From Candidatus Nanohaloarchaea archaeon (GTDB lineage Archaea > Nanohalarchaeota > Nanosalinia > Nanosalinales > Nanosalinaceae): DNA of 64,000 bases. The stretch lies in the NCBI GenBank assembly GCA_047617745.1, contig JBLGBN010000001.1, positions 1 to 64,000 of the forward strand, given 5' to 3'. Of this stretch, positions 10,072-19,225 are shown piece by piece. The notes beneath the pieces were generated by a model, which was not told the DNA's origin, did no database searches, and worked only from the letters and a program-made list of their open reading frames with translations. How positions within the stretch are numbered: the stretch's first letter is position 1; the number at the start of each line of letters is the position of its first letter. A program made the translations under genes and the position numbers.

Positions 10072-10204
10072 TGGACTCGCAGGGATTTGAACCCTGGGCC
10101 TTCCCCTGTCTTGCCTGTCCGCCAGGAAGGCAGACAGAACATGCTTCCCTTCCAGGAAGATGTGGTTGCAAGGGGGACGTTCTGCCAGACTGAACTACGA
10201 GCCC
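10072..10204 (-). tRNA. tRNA-Ala(UGC) with a 59-nt intron (10108-10166) at 37/38
   Basis: GGGCTCGTAGTTCAGTCTGGCAGAACGTCCCCCTTGCA|intron|AGGGGAAGGCCCAGGGTTCAAATCCCTGCGAGTCCA; BHB with CTTG/CAAG helix and CAA, ACA bulges; G3-U70 pair. Confidence 0.93.
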
Positions 10205-10648
10205 AAACTCAATTAGAGAGTTTGATCATCTGGAACCACGTAAAGTGGCTCTCGGTAAATAGGTTGTTGGAAGTCATTTTTTTAAATTGGAACCGGGTTC
10301 AGATTTCACTAGTATTCCAACCCTATTTAAAGTTTTGAGTTGATTGTTAGGTTGCGGGCTAGCAAGTAGTACCTGTAGTGCAGGGAGGCTGTTTTTAACT
10401 GTTAATGATGAAGACAGGTTTACAGACCTAACCGGTTTGTGCTCGCATTTACGTATACAGAAGGGGCGTCAAGATTTGATGTCCTTAGCACGAAACGTCA
10501 TCTGAATCTAGATGTGGATGACAGTAGTGCACACCAAGAGATCATTTGTCCGATCGCGCCATGTTTTGGCGTTTGTACTGGTGTAAGAAGGTTTGACCAC
10601 CACAAGTCAACCGGGTTTTCAGCTTACTTTACTTGAGTTATGCTCAAG

Positions 10649-10669
10649 TGATGGAGTATATCAAGCTGG
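10649..10669 (+). other. 5' arm of the 23S pre-rRNA processing stem with BHB motif
   Basis: TGATG-GAGT-ATA-TCAAGCTGG pairs with CCAGCTTGA-GCTC-TAA-CATTA (13638-13658), giving a 3-4-3 bulge-helix-bulge. Confidence 0.8.
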
Positions 10670-10680
10670 AGACACCCGAA

Positions 10681-13626
10681 GTTGAGTTGCTGGTTAAGCC
10701 AGGTAATGAATGGCTCGGTTCGAGAAGCCGACGAAGGACGTGGCAAGCTGCGATAAGCTTGGGCGAGGCGCATGCAGCCTTTGAGCCCGAGATTTCCGAA
10801 TGCGACTTCGTGCATCTCTTCGGAGGTGCAATGCGAGAGCATGGGCACACACGGTGAACTGAAACATCTAAGTAGCCGTAGGACTAGAAATCAATTGAGA
10901 TTCCCTTAGTAGAGGCGATCGGAAGGGGAATAGCACAAACTGAATCCGAAGCTGAGAAGCTTCTGGAGATGTGGGTTTGGCCGTCTTTGGAACCAATTCT
11001 CCTAGGTAAAGTCTGCTGGAAAGCAGCACCATAGAGAGTGATAGTCTCGTAACCAATGGAGAAAACGTTCTTGGACGTGCCGAGAGTAGCATGGGTTGGA
11101 AATCCTGTGTGAACACGGGAGGCACTACGTCTTCCAATGCTAAATACTTCTCGAGTCCGATAGCGCACTAAGTACTGTGAAGGAAAGCTGAAAAGCACCC
11201 CTAGAAAGGGGTTGAAAAGAGCCTGAAATTATCTGGTGGTAGGTTAGATAAGGCGTGGAAGCGTCGAAACTCTTTAACGAACTTGGCGAGAGCCCTTAGT
11301 AGGACGGAGTGGAGCAGCGTCTTATCATCCGTTTTGAAAAACGGGGCAGGGAGTTTGTCGCCGTGGCGAGGCTAACCATCTTTCGATGGGGAGTCATAGG
11401 GAAACCAAGAAGTCCGCAGCACGCTTTGCGTGTGAGGGACCGCGTTTTAACTAGCGTGAAGTCACCGCGACATGATCCGAAACCGGTCGATCCTGGTCTG
11501 GCTAGGTTGAAGCGGCGCGAAAGCTCCGTGGAGGACCGTACCGCTGCTGCGATGCAAGCGCTCGGATAAGCTGGATCAAGGGGTGAAATGTCAATCGAGA
11601 TCGGTGATGGCTGGTTCCTTTCGAAATAGATCGAAGTCTAGCCTCAGGCGAGACGGCTCACGAGGTAAAGCGACTGATTCTGGGTTCCTGAGTTCGCGCT
11701 CAGGCCCGGAGTCAAACTCTGAACTCTTGAGCGTTGTAGACCCTGGGAGCGAGGGACGGCGGGTAAGCTGCCGTTCCGAGAGGGAAACAACCCAGAGCAA
11801 GGTTAAGGCCCCCAATTCCTGACTAAGTGTCTGTTGAAGGGAGTCACGGTTCTCAGACAGCGGGGAGGTTAGCTTAGAAGCAGCTACCCTTTAAAGATAG
11901 CGTAACAGCTCACCCGTTGAGAGCTGTGGCACCTAAAATGGACGGGGCTCAAGTCAGGAGCCGAAACCTTGCCATCGTCTTTGACGATGGATAGAAAGGC
12001 GATCTGTGTGGACAGAAGCACGGCCGTGAGGTCGCGTGGACCGCATAGATACGAAAATCCTGCCGGCAGTACCAGCGACAGAGATGTGAGAATCATCTCC
12101 GCCACAAGAGGAAGGGTTCCTCAGCAATGATTATCAGCTGAGGGTTAGTCGGTCCTAATTCAGTCCGTAATTCGAGACTGGAGAACAGGAAATCAGGTTA
12201 ATATTCCTGAACCGACCTGTATCATCCACGTCTCGGGATAATGGAGGCTGCGTCTTCGCGCAGTCCAAGCAGTCAATGCGTGCGAGCGTAATGCATCGAC
12301 CACGTGAAGCTGTGATGGGTCTGGGAATAATCCCGGATCTCCACGAGTCCTGGGACCTTTGAAAAGATACAGGAGACCGTACCAAGAACCAGCACAGGTC
12401 CTCTGGCTGAGTAGGCTAAGGCGTCTCGGGTATAAACTCGGCTTAGGGAATTCGGCAAGTTAGCTCCGTACGTTCGCAAGATGGAGTACCTATCCTCTCG
12501 ATAGGATAGGTTTCAATAACTAGGCCGGCTCGACTGTTTACTAAAAACATAGCCGACTGCTAGTCCGAAAGGATTTGTATAGTCGGCGACTCTTGCCCAG
12601 TGCCAGCACCTGAACCCTCCGTTCAAGGAGAAGAAGGGCTGGTAAACGGCGGCGGTAACTATGACCGTCTTAAGGTAGCGTAGTCCCTTGCCAACTAATT
12701 GTTGGCCCGCATCAATAGAGGAACGAGGTCGGCACTGTCCCAAGCCGTGGCCCGGTGAACCCACCATACCGGCGCATAGGCCGGTGACTTCTAGTGGGAA
12801 GCGAAGACCCTGTGAACCTTTACTGCAGTCTGTCGTTGCTGCGGGGGTCCGAGTGTGAAGTGTAGTTAGGAGACATTACAGAGGTGCATGCGCTAGCATG
12901 TCGCCCAGTCGACCATGGGACACTAACCTCTCGGAACCCCGCGGCTTACCTCTACGGAGGGACAGCCACAGCTGGGCAGTTTAACTGGGGCGGTATCCAT
13001 CTGATAATAAATCAGATGGGTCCAAAGGTAGGCTCAGTCCGGTCAGAAATCGGACGTAGAGTACAAGGATAAAAGCCTGCCTGACTGGTTCCTTATCAGT
13101 ACGAGAACCAGGCGCGAAAGCGTGGCCTAGCGAACCCCTGTGGCCAAGTAGTGAGGCCCAGGTATGACAGAAAAGGTACTCCAGGGATAACTGGATTGTC
13201 TAGGGCGCGAGCTCACATCGACCCCTAGGCTTGTTACTTCGATGTCGGCTCTCCGTATCCTGGCTGTGCAACAGCAGCCAAGGGTGGGGGTGTTCACCCA
13301 TTAAAACGGATCGTGAGCTGGGTTTAGATCGTCGTGAGACAGATCTGTTGCTATCTGCTAGAAGTGTTTTGTGGTCTGAGAGGAAAGTCCGGACAGTACG
13401 AAAGGAACCCTGGACTGAGGCCTCTGGTGTATCTGTCGTCCGGAAGGGCGGTGCAGAGTAGCCACGCCTCACAGTCGTAAGAGCTGAAAGCATCTAAGCT
13501 CGAAAGATTCCTCAAAAAGAGACCGCGTCCGTTCTCGTAGAAGACGAGTTTGATAGAGTGGCGGTGTAAGAACCAAGGCAACGAGGTTCTCAGCCGACCA
13601 CTACTAAACACGGGTTCCAACTCGAC
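10681..13626 (+). rRNA. rrl: 23S rRNA (ends approximate)
   Basis: conserved motifs GAAGGACGTGGCAAGCTGCGATAAGC, GAACTGAAACATCTAAGTA, GGTAACTATGACC, GGGATAAC, GATGTCGGCTC, sarcin-ricin loop; terminal helix GTTGAGTTG/CAACTCGAC. Confidence 0.97.
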
Positions 13627-13930
13627 GGACGGTGTCACCAGCTTGAGCTCTAACATTAGTGTTTGAGCCTGGTTGGCTTCCATTCGGTGGTCAAACCTTC
13701 AAATTTCTGTATACGTGACATATTTTTCATATCCAGATTTTCTATATTTTACCGGAAATACTGATTATTTCTACACATTTGAGTGTTCGCTTAAAACGAA
13801 CAGTGAACGAAATTGAATAAGTAAAACAGTTCATTAAACGCTACTAAACGATTTTAGAACATAATTAAAGCTTCTTGAACAGCAAGCCTTCATAAGGCTT
13901 CACCCGCAATTCCGGCTTGGTGAATAGAAA

Positions 13931-14503
13931 ATGAAACGAACACTACTCGCAATCGCAATCGCGATGTTTGTCATCGCGGGAGCAGCACAGCCAGCAATGG
14001 CACAGCAGAACGACACAGATCAGGCTCCAGAGGAGCCGGAAGACGACAGTGACACAGAAGAAGAGAACGAGACACAGGAGGAAGAGGATGAAGAGATAGA
14101 GGAATCAGAAAACGAAACGGAAGAAGAGGAACGTGAAGAAGCAGAGAATGAAACCGAAGAGGAAAGAGCAGAAGGTGAATCAGCCCAGTTTGACGCACGA
14201 CTGGGAACAGCGATCAGCACACTGGACGCTCTAGTAGAGATCGCCCCTAACGACGAAGCAAGAAACGGGCTACAGAACGCACTTGACACACTGAGAGAAG
14301 TGCAGAACAACACAGACACAGCAAGTTCAGCAGCTCCAGGAGAACAGCCTGAAGGACCTGAAAGACCTGACGAAGCAGAAGAGGAAAACGAGTCTGAAGA
14401 TGAAGACTCAGAAAGTCAGGGACCTCCAGAAGACAGAGGGCCTTCACAGAACAGCAACAGACCTGGATTTGTTAATGAGATGCTGGCCGGACTCTTTGGT
14501 TAA
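13931..14503 (+). CDS. secreted, highly acidic low-complexity protein
   Basis: signal peptide ending AMA; Glu-rich; GGTGA SD. Confidence 0.8.
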   Translation: MKRTLLAIAIAMFVIAGAAQPAMAQQNDTDQAPEEPEDDSDTEEENETQEEEDEEIEESENETEEEEREEAENETEEERAEGESAQFDARLGTAISTLDALVEIAPNDEARNGLQNALDTLREVQNNTDTASSAAPGEQPEGPERPDEAEEENESEDEDSESQGPPEDRGPSQNSNRPGFVNEMLAGLFG

Positions 14504-14579
14504 AAACCGGCTAATCCCCAGTTTTCTTTATTTTACCGGGGAAAATATCCATGAAAAAACAACAAGGTGAAACACAAAA

Positions 14580-15371
14580 ATGAAGAAGATACTAGCGCTA
14601 ACGATAATAGGATTTTTGATGACAGGTATAGCCTCAGCTCAAGCACAGGATGTACCTGCACCTGGGATAACGCCAGACAACCCGTTGTACACTTTTGAGA
14701 AAATATCGGAGAGACTAGCCCTTGGTGTCGCACAAGCACCATTGATCGGCAGCGAAGAGCTTGAGGCGAAAGTTAGAGCTAACCAGGCAGCAGAAACATT
14801 GGCGGAAGCAAGGGCTATGGCCGCAGAAAACAAGTCGCAACACGTGGAAAAACTGATGCATAGGTACTCTGAAAACATGAACAAATCGACAGAGATAGCG
14901 AGCAGTTCCAATAACTCGGAACTGAAAAACCGGCTGAAAAATGTTTCAAACAACCAGTTAAAGACTCTTGAGGAAGTCGAAAGAAAAGTCCCAGAACCGG
15001 CCAGAAAAGGGATCCAGAACGCAATAGAGAACAGTCAGAGAAACCAGCATGCTCTAGAAAGATCGGCTGGGAGAGGATCGCAGAACATCCCTGACCCAGG
15101 AAACAAACCAAAAACTCCCGGATCTAAGAAGAAACCAGAAAACACCTTAAATCCCAACAAGTCACAAAGCCGAGGATCTCAGGAAACAGAGGCAGAACGT
15201 GAGAGACAAAAAGACGTTATAACCGGTCAGGTAACCGGACAGCCAGCAGCACAGAACCCAGCGGCATCTGCTGAAAAAGATGTAGACACAGGTCGTTACC
15301 AGAACAGCGAAAAACCCTCAAAAAGAGAAGAAAGCCGGCAAAAAGACGATCAGAGAGACAACCAACCGTAA
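14580..15371 (+). CDS. secreted protein with DUF5667-like domain
   Basis: signal peptide; PGITPDNPLYTFEKISERLAL...LAEA motif; GGTGA SD. Confidence 0.75.
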   Translation: MKKILALTIIGFLMTGIASAQAQDVPAPGITPDNPLYTFEKISERLALGVAQAPLIGSEELEAKVRANQAAETLAEARAMAAENKSQHVEKLMHRYSENMNKSTEIASSSNNSELKNRLKNVSNNQLKTLEEVERKVPEPARKGIQNAIENSQRNQHALERSAGRGSQNIPDPGNKPKTPGSKKKPENTLNPNKSQSRGSQETEAERERQKDVITGQVTGQPAAQNPAASAEKDVDTGRYQNSEKPSKREESRQKDDQRDNQP

Positions 15372-15411
15372 AAGCCGGCTTATTTATTTTTAGCCAGAGT
15401 TAACTTTAGAT

Positions 15412-15801
15412 ATGGCTGTTCCATTTCCTGAAGCACAGATAGAAGCACTGATCTACATGGTGCTAGGATCACTTCTCACATTAGTCACAGTCCTAACAAT
15501 GTACATAAGAAAGCTTCACAGAAGAATGGAGGACCCTGACATAGAGGCAGAAGAGCAGAATAGACCAGATCTTAGAACAGATAATATTGGATTATCAAAG
15601 AAGGCTGAAGACATCCTTGAAAGGATTCTGGAAGAGCCGGAACTCCAGAGCGATCTACCACAGGAGCTAAAAGTTTCCAAAGCTACCGTAAGCAACGGTA
15701 TATCCGAATTAAAGGAACGTAGTTTAATTAAAAGGAAGAAGAAAGCTAATACATACCTTATAGAGCCAGATATAGATAAACTTGAAGAAGAACAGAGATA
15801 G
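15412..15801 (+). CDS. membrane-anchored winged-HTH transcriptional regulator
   Basis: N-terminal TM; C-terminal QSDLPQELKVSKATVSNGISELKERSLIKRKK. Confidence 0.8.
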   Translation: MAVPFPEAQIEALIYMVLGSLLTLVTVLTMYIRKLHRRMEDPDIEAEEQNRPDLRTDNIGLSKKAEDILERILEEPELQSDLPQELKVSKATVSNGISELKERSLIKRKKKANTYLIEPDIDKLEEEQR

Positions 15802-15840
15802 ATTTTTCCAGTTAAAAAGCTTTACTACTATTTAACTAAC

Positions 15841-16311
15841 TGAGGAGGCGGAGTGGATGTCACCGCTGTCGTCCAGACATGAGTGATCCAACTTGACAGG
15901 AGGATCGCTGCTGGGCGTCGAGTGAGGAAAGTCCCGACACCTACCCCGACTCTCTGAGTCGTGGGTTCGAGAAGATCTCTGATCTTCAAATCCGTGAAGC
16001 AGGTGATAAGATCTGTGTGCCGAGAGGCATCGGAGCCAAGCATAACTCCAGTAATACGGAGGTAGTGAGGTTCACGGTCCGCAGAAACGACACGGCTTCT
16101 GCATAGCAGAAGAATCGCTGAAACGTGTTCCATCTCACGGTGCAAGCCTAGTATAGTGCAATCCGCATTTCGCAGAAATGCTGTTTCAAAAGCATATATG
16201 ATATGCGGTGGAGTGAAATGCATCCCGCGGTCACTCCGTAAGGATAGCCGTTTGAGAAGGAGTGTTCCTCCTTTGACACAGAACAGAATCGGGCTTACTC
16301 CCGCCACCTCA
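15841..16311 (+). ncRNA. rnpB: RNase P RNA
   Basis: GAGGAAAGTCC at 15924, ACAGAA..GGGCTTA near 16283, CTGAAACG and GGTGCAAG motifs; terminal helix TGAGG.GGCGGAGT / ACTCCCGCC.CCTCA. Confidence 0.9.
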
Positions 16312-16351
16312 ACTACTTATCTTTTTGAAGTTTCTTCCCCACTTACTTTCT

Positions 16352-16513
16352 ATGGCCAAAGATAACGAAGTTCAAATGCCGTCCTCACAGGGAGGGCTGG
16401 TGCAGTACTTCGACGCAGACTCGGGAGTGGAGATAGACCCGAAGATGGTTATAGCTTTCACAGTTGGAGTTGTAGTACTGGAACTGGCGCTTCACGCAAG
16501 AATTCTGGCCTAA
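16352..16513 (+). CDS. secG: preprotein translocase subunit Sec61beta/SecG
   Basis: MPSSQGGLVQYFD..G..IDP plus single TM. Confidence 0.88.
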   Translation: MAKDNEVQMPSSQGGLVQYFDADSGVEIDPKMVIAFTVGVVVLELALHARILA

Positions 16514-16561
16514 CTGGAAACTTTATTTAAGACTTTACAAAGAACCCATTCTATACAGAAG

Positions 16562-16691
16562 GGGCCCGTAGCTCAGCTTGGACAGAGCAACCGGCTTCTA
16601 CCGACTGGTTACGCTTTACATCAACTAAACTAGGAAAGCGTTGCCGTCCCGAGATACCGGTAGGTCGAGGGTTCAAATCCCCCCGGGTCCG
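16562..16691 (+). tRNA. tRNA-Arg(UCU) with a 55-nt intron (16601-16655)
   Basis: GGGCCCGTAGCTCAGCTTGGACAGAGCAACCGGCTTCTA|intron|ACCGGTAGGTCGAGGGTTCAAATCCCCCCGGGTCCG. Confidence 0.92.
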
Positions 16692-16712
16692 CTTCCCTCC
16701 ACTTTTCAACCC

Positions 16713-17501
16713 ATGACAAAGATCAACACCCCTTCTGAAGCAGAACTTATCGTACAGAAACTACCCTCTGATATGGGTATACATCGGAACCCGAGAAAGG
16801 GCACTATAAAAGCCGCTGAAACCCTTCTCAACGACTTTGAATTCGGACAGAATGTGCTGGTAGAAGAGATTTTCCCTGATGAATTTGACCTGGAGGAAAC
16901 ACATAGAAGAATAGAAAAAAATACTGAAACCCTCCTGGAATACCGGAGACCTCTCATGTCGATAGGAGGAGATCATTCGGTCTCGTTTCCAGTTATCAAA
17001 GCGCTGAAGGACAAGTATCCTGACATGAAGCTCATCTGGCTGGACTCCCATCTCGATGTGAAGAAGAAAGTAAAAAATCATGTCTCCCACGATGTGGTTA
17101 TCCGAGAACTTCTTGAGAATGGCTTTACTGACGAAGATATCTATCTGGTCGGAATAACAAGAATAGACAGCGACGAGCAAAAATTCCTGGAAGAACATGA
17201 ACTGAACATGTACCGGTCGGATGAAGTCGAAGAGTTTCTAAGAGAGTTTAATTCTAGCAAACAACCTGTATATCTATCTATTGACATTGATGTCCTAAAG
17301 GAGCAAATAGCTCCCGGCACCGGTTATCCTGACGGAGAACTTGAAACAGATCAAGTGAAGCAGATTATTAACACAACAGCACCAGATTTCGCAGACATTG
17401 TGGAAGTGGCCCCACCTTTTGATAAAGACGGAAAAACAGTCAAAGCAGGAAGAGAGATTCTCAAAAATCTCGCAAATAATCTGGCTAAAACTCCTGAATA
17501 A
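16713..17501 (+). CDS. arginase/agmatinase (ureohydrolase) family protein
   Basis: GGDHS, DSHLD, SIDIDV and APGTG motifs; start moved to ATG downstream of the tRNA. Confidence 0.9.
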   Translation: MTKINTPSEAELIVQKLPSDMGIHRNPRKGTIKAAETLLNDFEFGQNVLVEEIFPDEFDLEETHRRIEKNTETLLEYRRPLMSIGGDHSVSFPVIKALKDKYPDMKLIWLDSHLDVKKKVKNHVSHDVVIRELLENGFTDEDIYLVGITRIDSDEQKFLEEHELNMYRSDEVEEFLREFNSSKQPVYLSIDIDVLKEQIAPGTGYPDGELETDQVKQIINTTAPDFADIVEVAPPFDKDGKTVKAGREILKNLANNLAKTPE

Positions 17502-17537
17502 CAGCATTTTATAACTTCTACAGACAGATGAACTATT

Positions 17538-19175
17538 ATGACATCAGTTAAAAACAGACTGGCAGAAGAGCTTTCGGAAGAACTGGGCGTAAAAGTCAAA
17601 ACCAGCGATATTGAAAGACCGGAGCCGGAGCACGGCGATTTTGCATACCCCATGATGAAAGCTGCATCTGAACTAGGTAACAACCCTCGAAAACTAGCCG
17701 AGAAGGCGGCCGACAAGCTGGAAAACCTAGATATAGTGGAAAATATTGAAGTGGCCGGACCAGGTTATCTGAACTTCCACCTAGATAGAGAGGAATATGC
17801 AAAAATAGTAGAGAAACAGCTGCAGTCCGCTAAGATGGGGGTAGACCAGAAAGAAGGTCAGATGCTTGTTGAATTCTCATCACCTAACCTGGCGAAACCC
17901 ATGCATATCGGCCACGTCAGAAACAACTGTCTAGGAGACTCCCTACAGAGAATTATGCGGTTTGTTGGTTACGAAGTCACCTCTGAAAATTATATCGGTG
18001 ACTGGGGAACCAAACACGGCCAGGTAATCTATGCATACAAGAAATGGGGGTCCAAAAAAGAGTTTGAGAAAAACCCTATGGAGCACATGTACGAGCTATA
18101 CGTCAAACTCCACGAAGAAGCGGATGAAGAAGATCAGGAGAAAGCACGCGAATGGTCAAGAAAGATCGAGGAAGGCGATGAGGAAGCTGTCGAAATATGG
18201 GAAATGTTCAGAGAGGCAACAATCAAGTACAACTGGGAAGATTACGAGCGTATGGGCATCGAGTTCGATAGAGTCACAGGAGAATCAGTTGTAGCTGAGG
18301 AAGCTGAAAATATAATTGAAGAGGGCCTCGAGAAAGGAATATTCGAGGAGGACGATGATGGAAGTGTCTATGTAGAATTTGAGCAAGATGAACTACCCTC
18401 TACCATAATAAAGAGAGCTGACGGCTCAACACTCTATCTCTCCAGAGACGTAGCAAATATCAGGAAAAGAGAACGGGAGGGATTCGACTACAACATGTAT
18501 ATAGTCGGCTCAGAGCAGGATCTTCACTTCCAGCAGCTGTTCAATATAGCGGAAAGATTTGGGATAACAGATATAGAGAACGAACACATCTCCTACGGAA
18601 TGCTTCACTTGGAAGAGGGATCAATGAGTTCCAGCAAAGGCAACATCATCAGATTATCCGATGTACTGGATAGAGCAGTGGAGAAAGCCGGAGAAATCGA
18701 AGGACGGGAGGTCGGCAACGCCGAGGAAGTCGGGATCGGAGCTGTGAAATATGCCAACCTGTCGGTTTCAAGACAGAAGGATATCGAGTTCTCCTGGGAC
18801 GATGTACTCACGTTTGAAGGCGACTCCGGTCCTTACCTCCAGTACTCCAACACGCGAGCAAAAAGCATCCTTAGGAAAGCAGAAGAATCCGGGGAGCTCA
18901 AGGGAGATTTAACCCGGGAAGAGCATCAACTGATAAAGAAGCTCGACAGTTTCCCTGAAAAAGTGAATGAAGCAGCCAGAAATCGAGAGCCTGCGAAGAT
19001 TGCCAATTATCTATCTGAGTTATGTGAAGAATTCAACAGCTTCTATCACTCAAGCAACGTAATCGGTGAGGACAAGGAAACTGAGAAACGGAGACTGAGG
19101 ATCGTGGAGCTGTTTACAGACGTCACAGACCAAGGCTTAGACCTGCTTGGTATAGAGCCTCTACAGGAGATGTAG
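17538..19175 (+). CDS. argS: arginine--tRNA ligase
   Basis: EFSSPNLAKPMHIGH (HIGH), GDWGT, MSSSKG, GPYLQY, C-terminal LGIEPLQEM. Confidence 0.97.
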   Translation: MTSVKNRLAEELSEELGVKVKTSDIERPEPEHGDFAYPMMKAASELGNNPRKLAEKAADKLENLDIVENIEVAGPGYLNFHLDREEYAKIVEKQLQSAKMGVDQKEGQMLVEFSSPNLAKPMHIGHVRNNCLGDSLQRIMRFVGYEVTSENYIGDWGTKHGQVIYAYKKWGSKKEFEKNPMEHMYELYVKLHEEADEEDQEKAREWSRKIEEGDEEAVEIWEMFREATIKYNWEDYERMGIEFDRVTGESVVAEEAENIIEEGLEKGIFEEDDDGSVYVEFEQDELPSTIIKRADGSTLYLSRDVANIRKREREGFDYNMYIVGSEQDLHFQQLFNIAERFGITDIENEHISYGMLHLEEGSMSSSKGNIIRLSDVLDRAVEKAGEIEGREVGNAEEVGIGAVKYANLSVSRQKDIEFSWDDVLTFEGDSGPYLQYSNTRAKSILRKAEESGELKGDLTREEHQLIKKLDSFPEKVNEAARNREPAKIANYLSELCEEFNSFYHSSNVIGEDKETEKRRLRIVELFTDVTDQGLDLLGIEPLQEM

Positions 19176-19225
19176 CAGCAAAGCATGCGGCGTTGGTCTT
19201 ATTAACCAGCGAAAACAATCTTGAG

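Noticed and set aside
10405..10505. ATGATGA...CTGA as a possible C/D box sRNA in the 23S leader
   Set aside because: Spacing is too long, no clear C'/D' boxes or guide complementarity; cannot be supported
13380..13390. GAGGAAAGTCC resembling the RNase P motif
   Set aside because: Lies inside 23S domain VI next to the sarcin-ricin loop; coincidental
10087..13683. Numerous ORFs in the track over tRNA-Ala, the 23S leader and 23S rRNA
   Set aside because: They overlap structural RNA genes and lack the acidic protein composition
13630..13930. Possible 5S rRNA after 23S
   Set aside because: No 5S motifs seen; the sequence is explained by processing-stem arms and an AT-rich promoter region
15828..16365. 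159-aa minus and 69-aa plus ORFs
   Set aside because: They overlap the RNase P RNA
16641..16712. N-terminal extension of the ureohydrolase ORF
   Set aside because: Overlaps tRNA-Arg(UCU); ATG 16713 preferred
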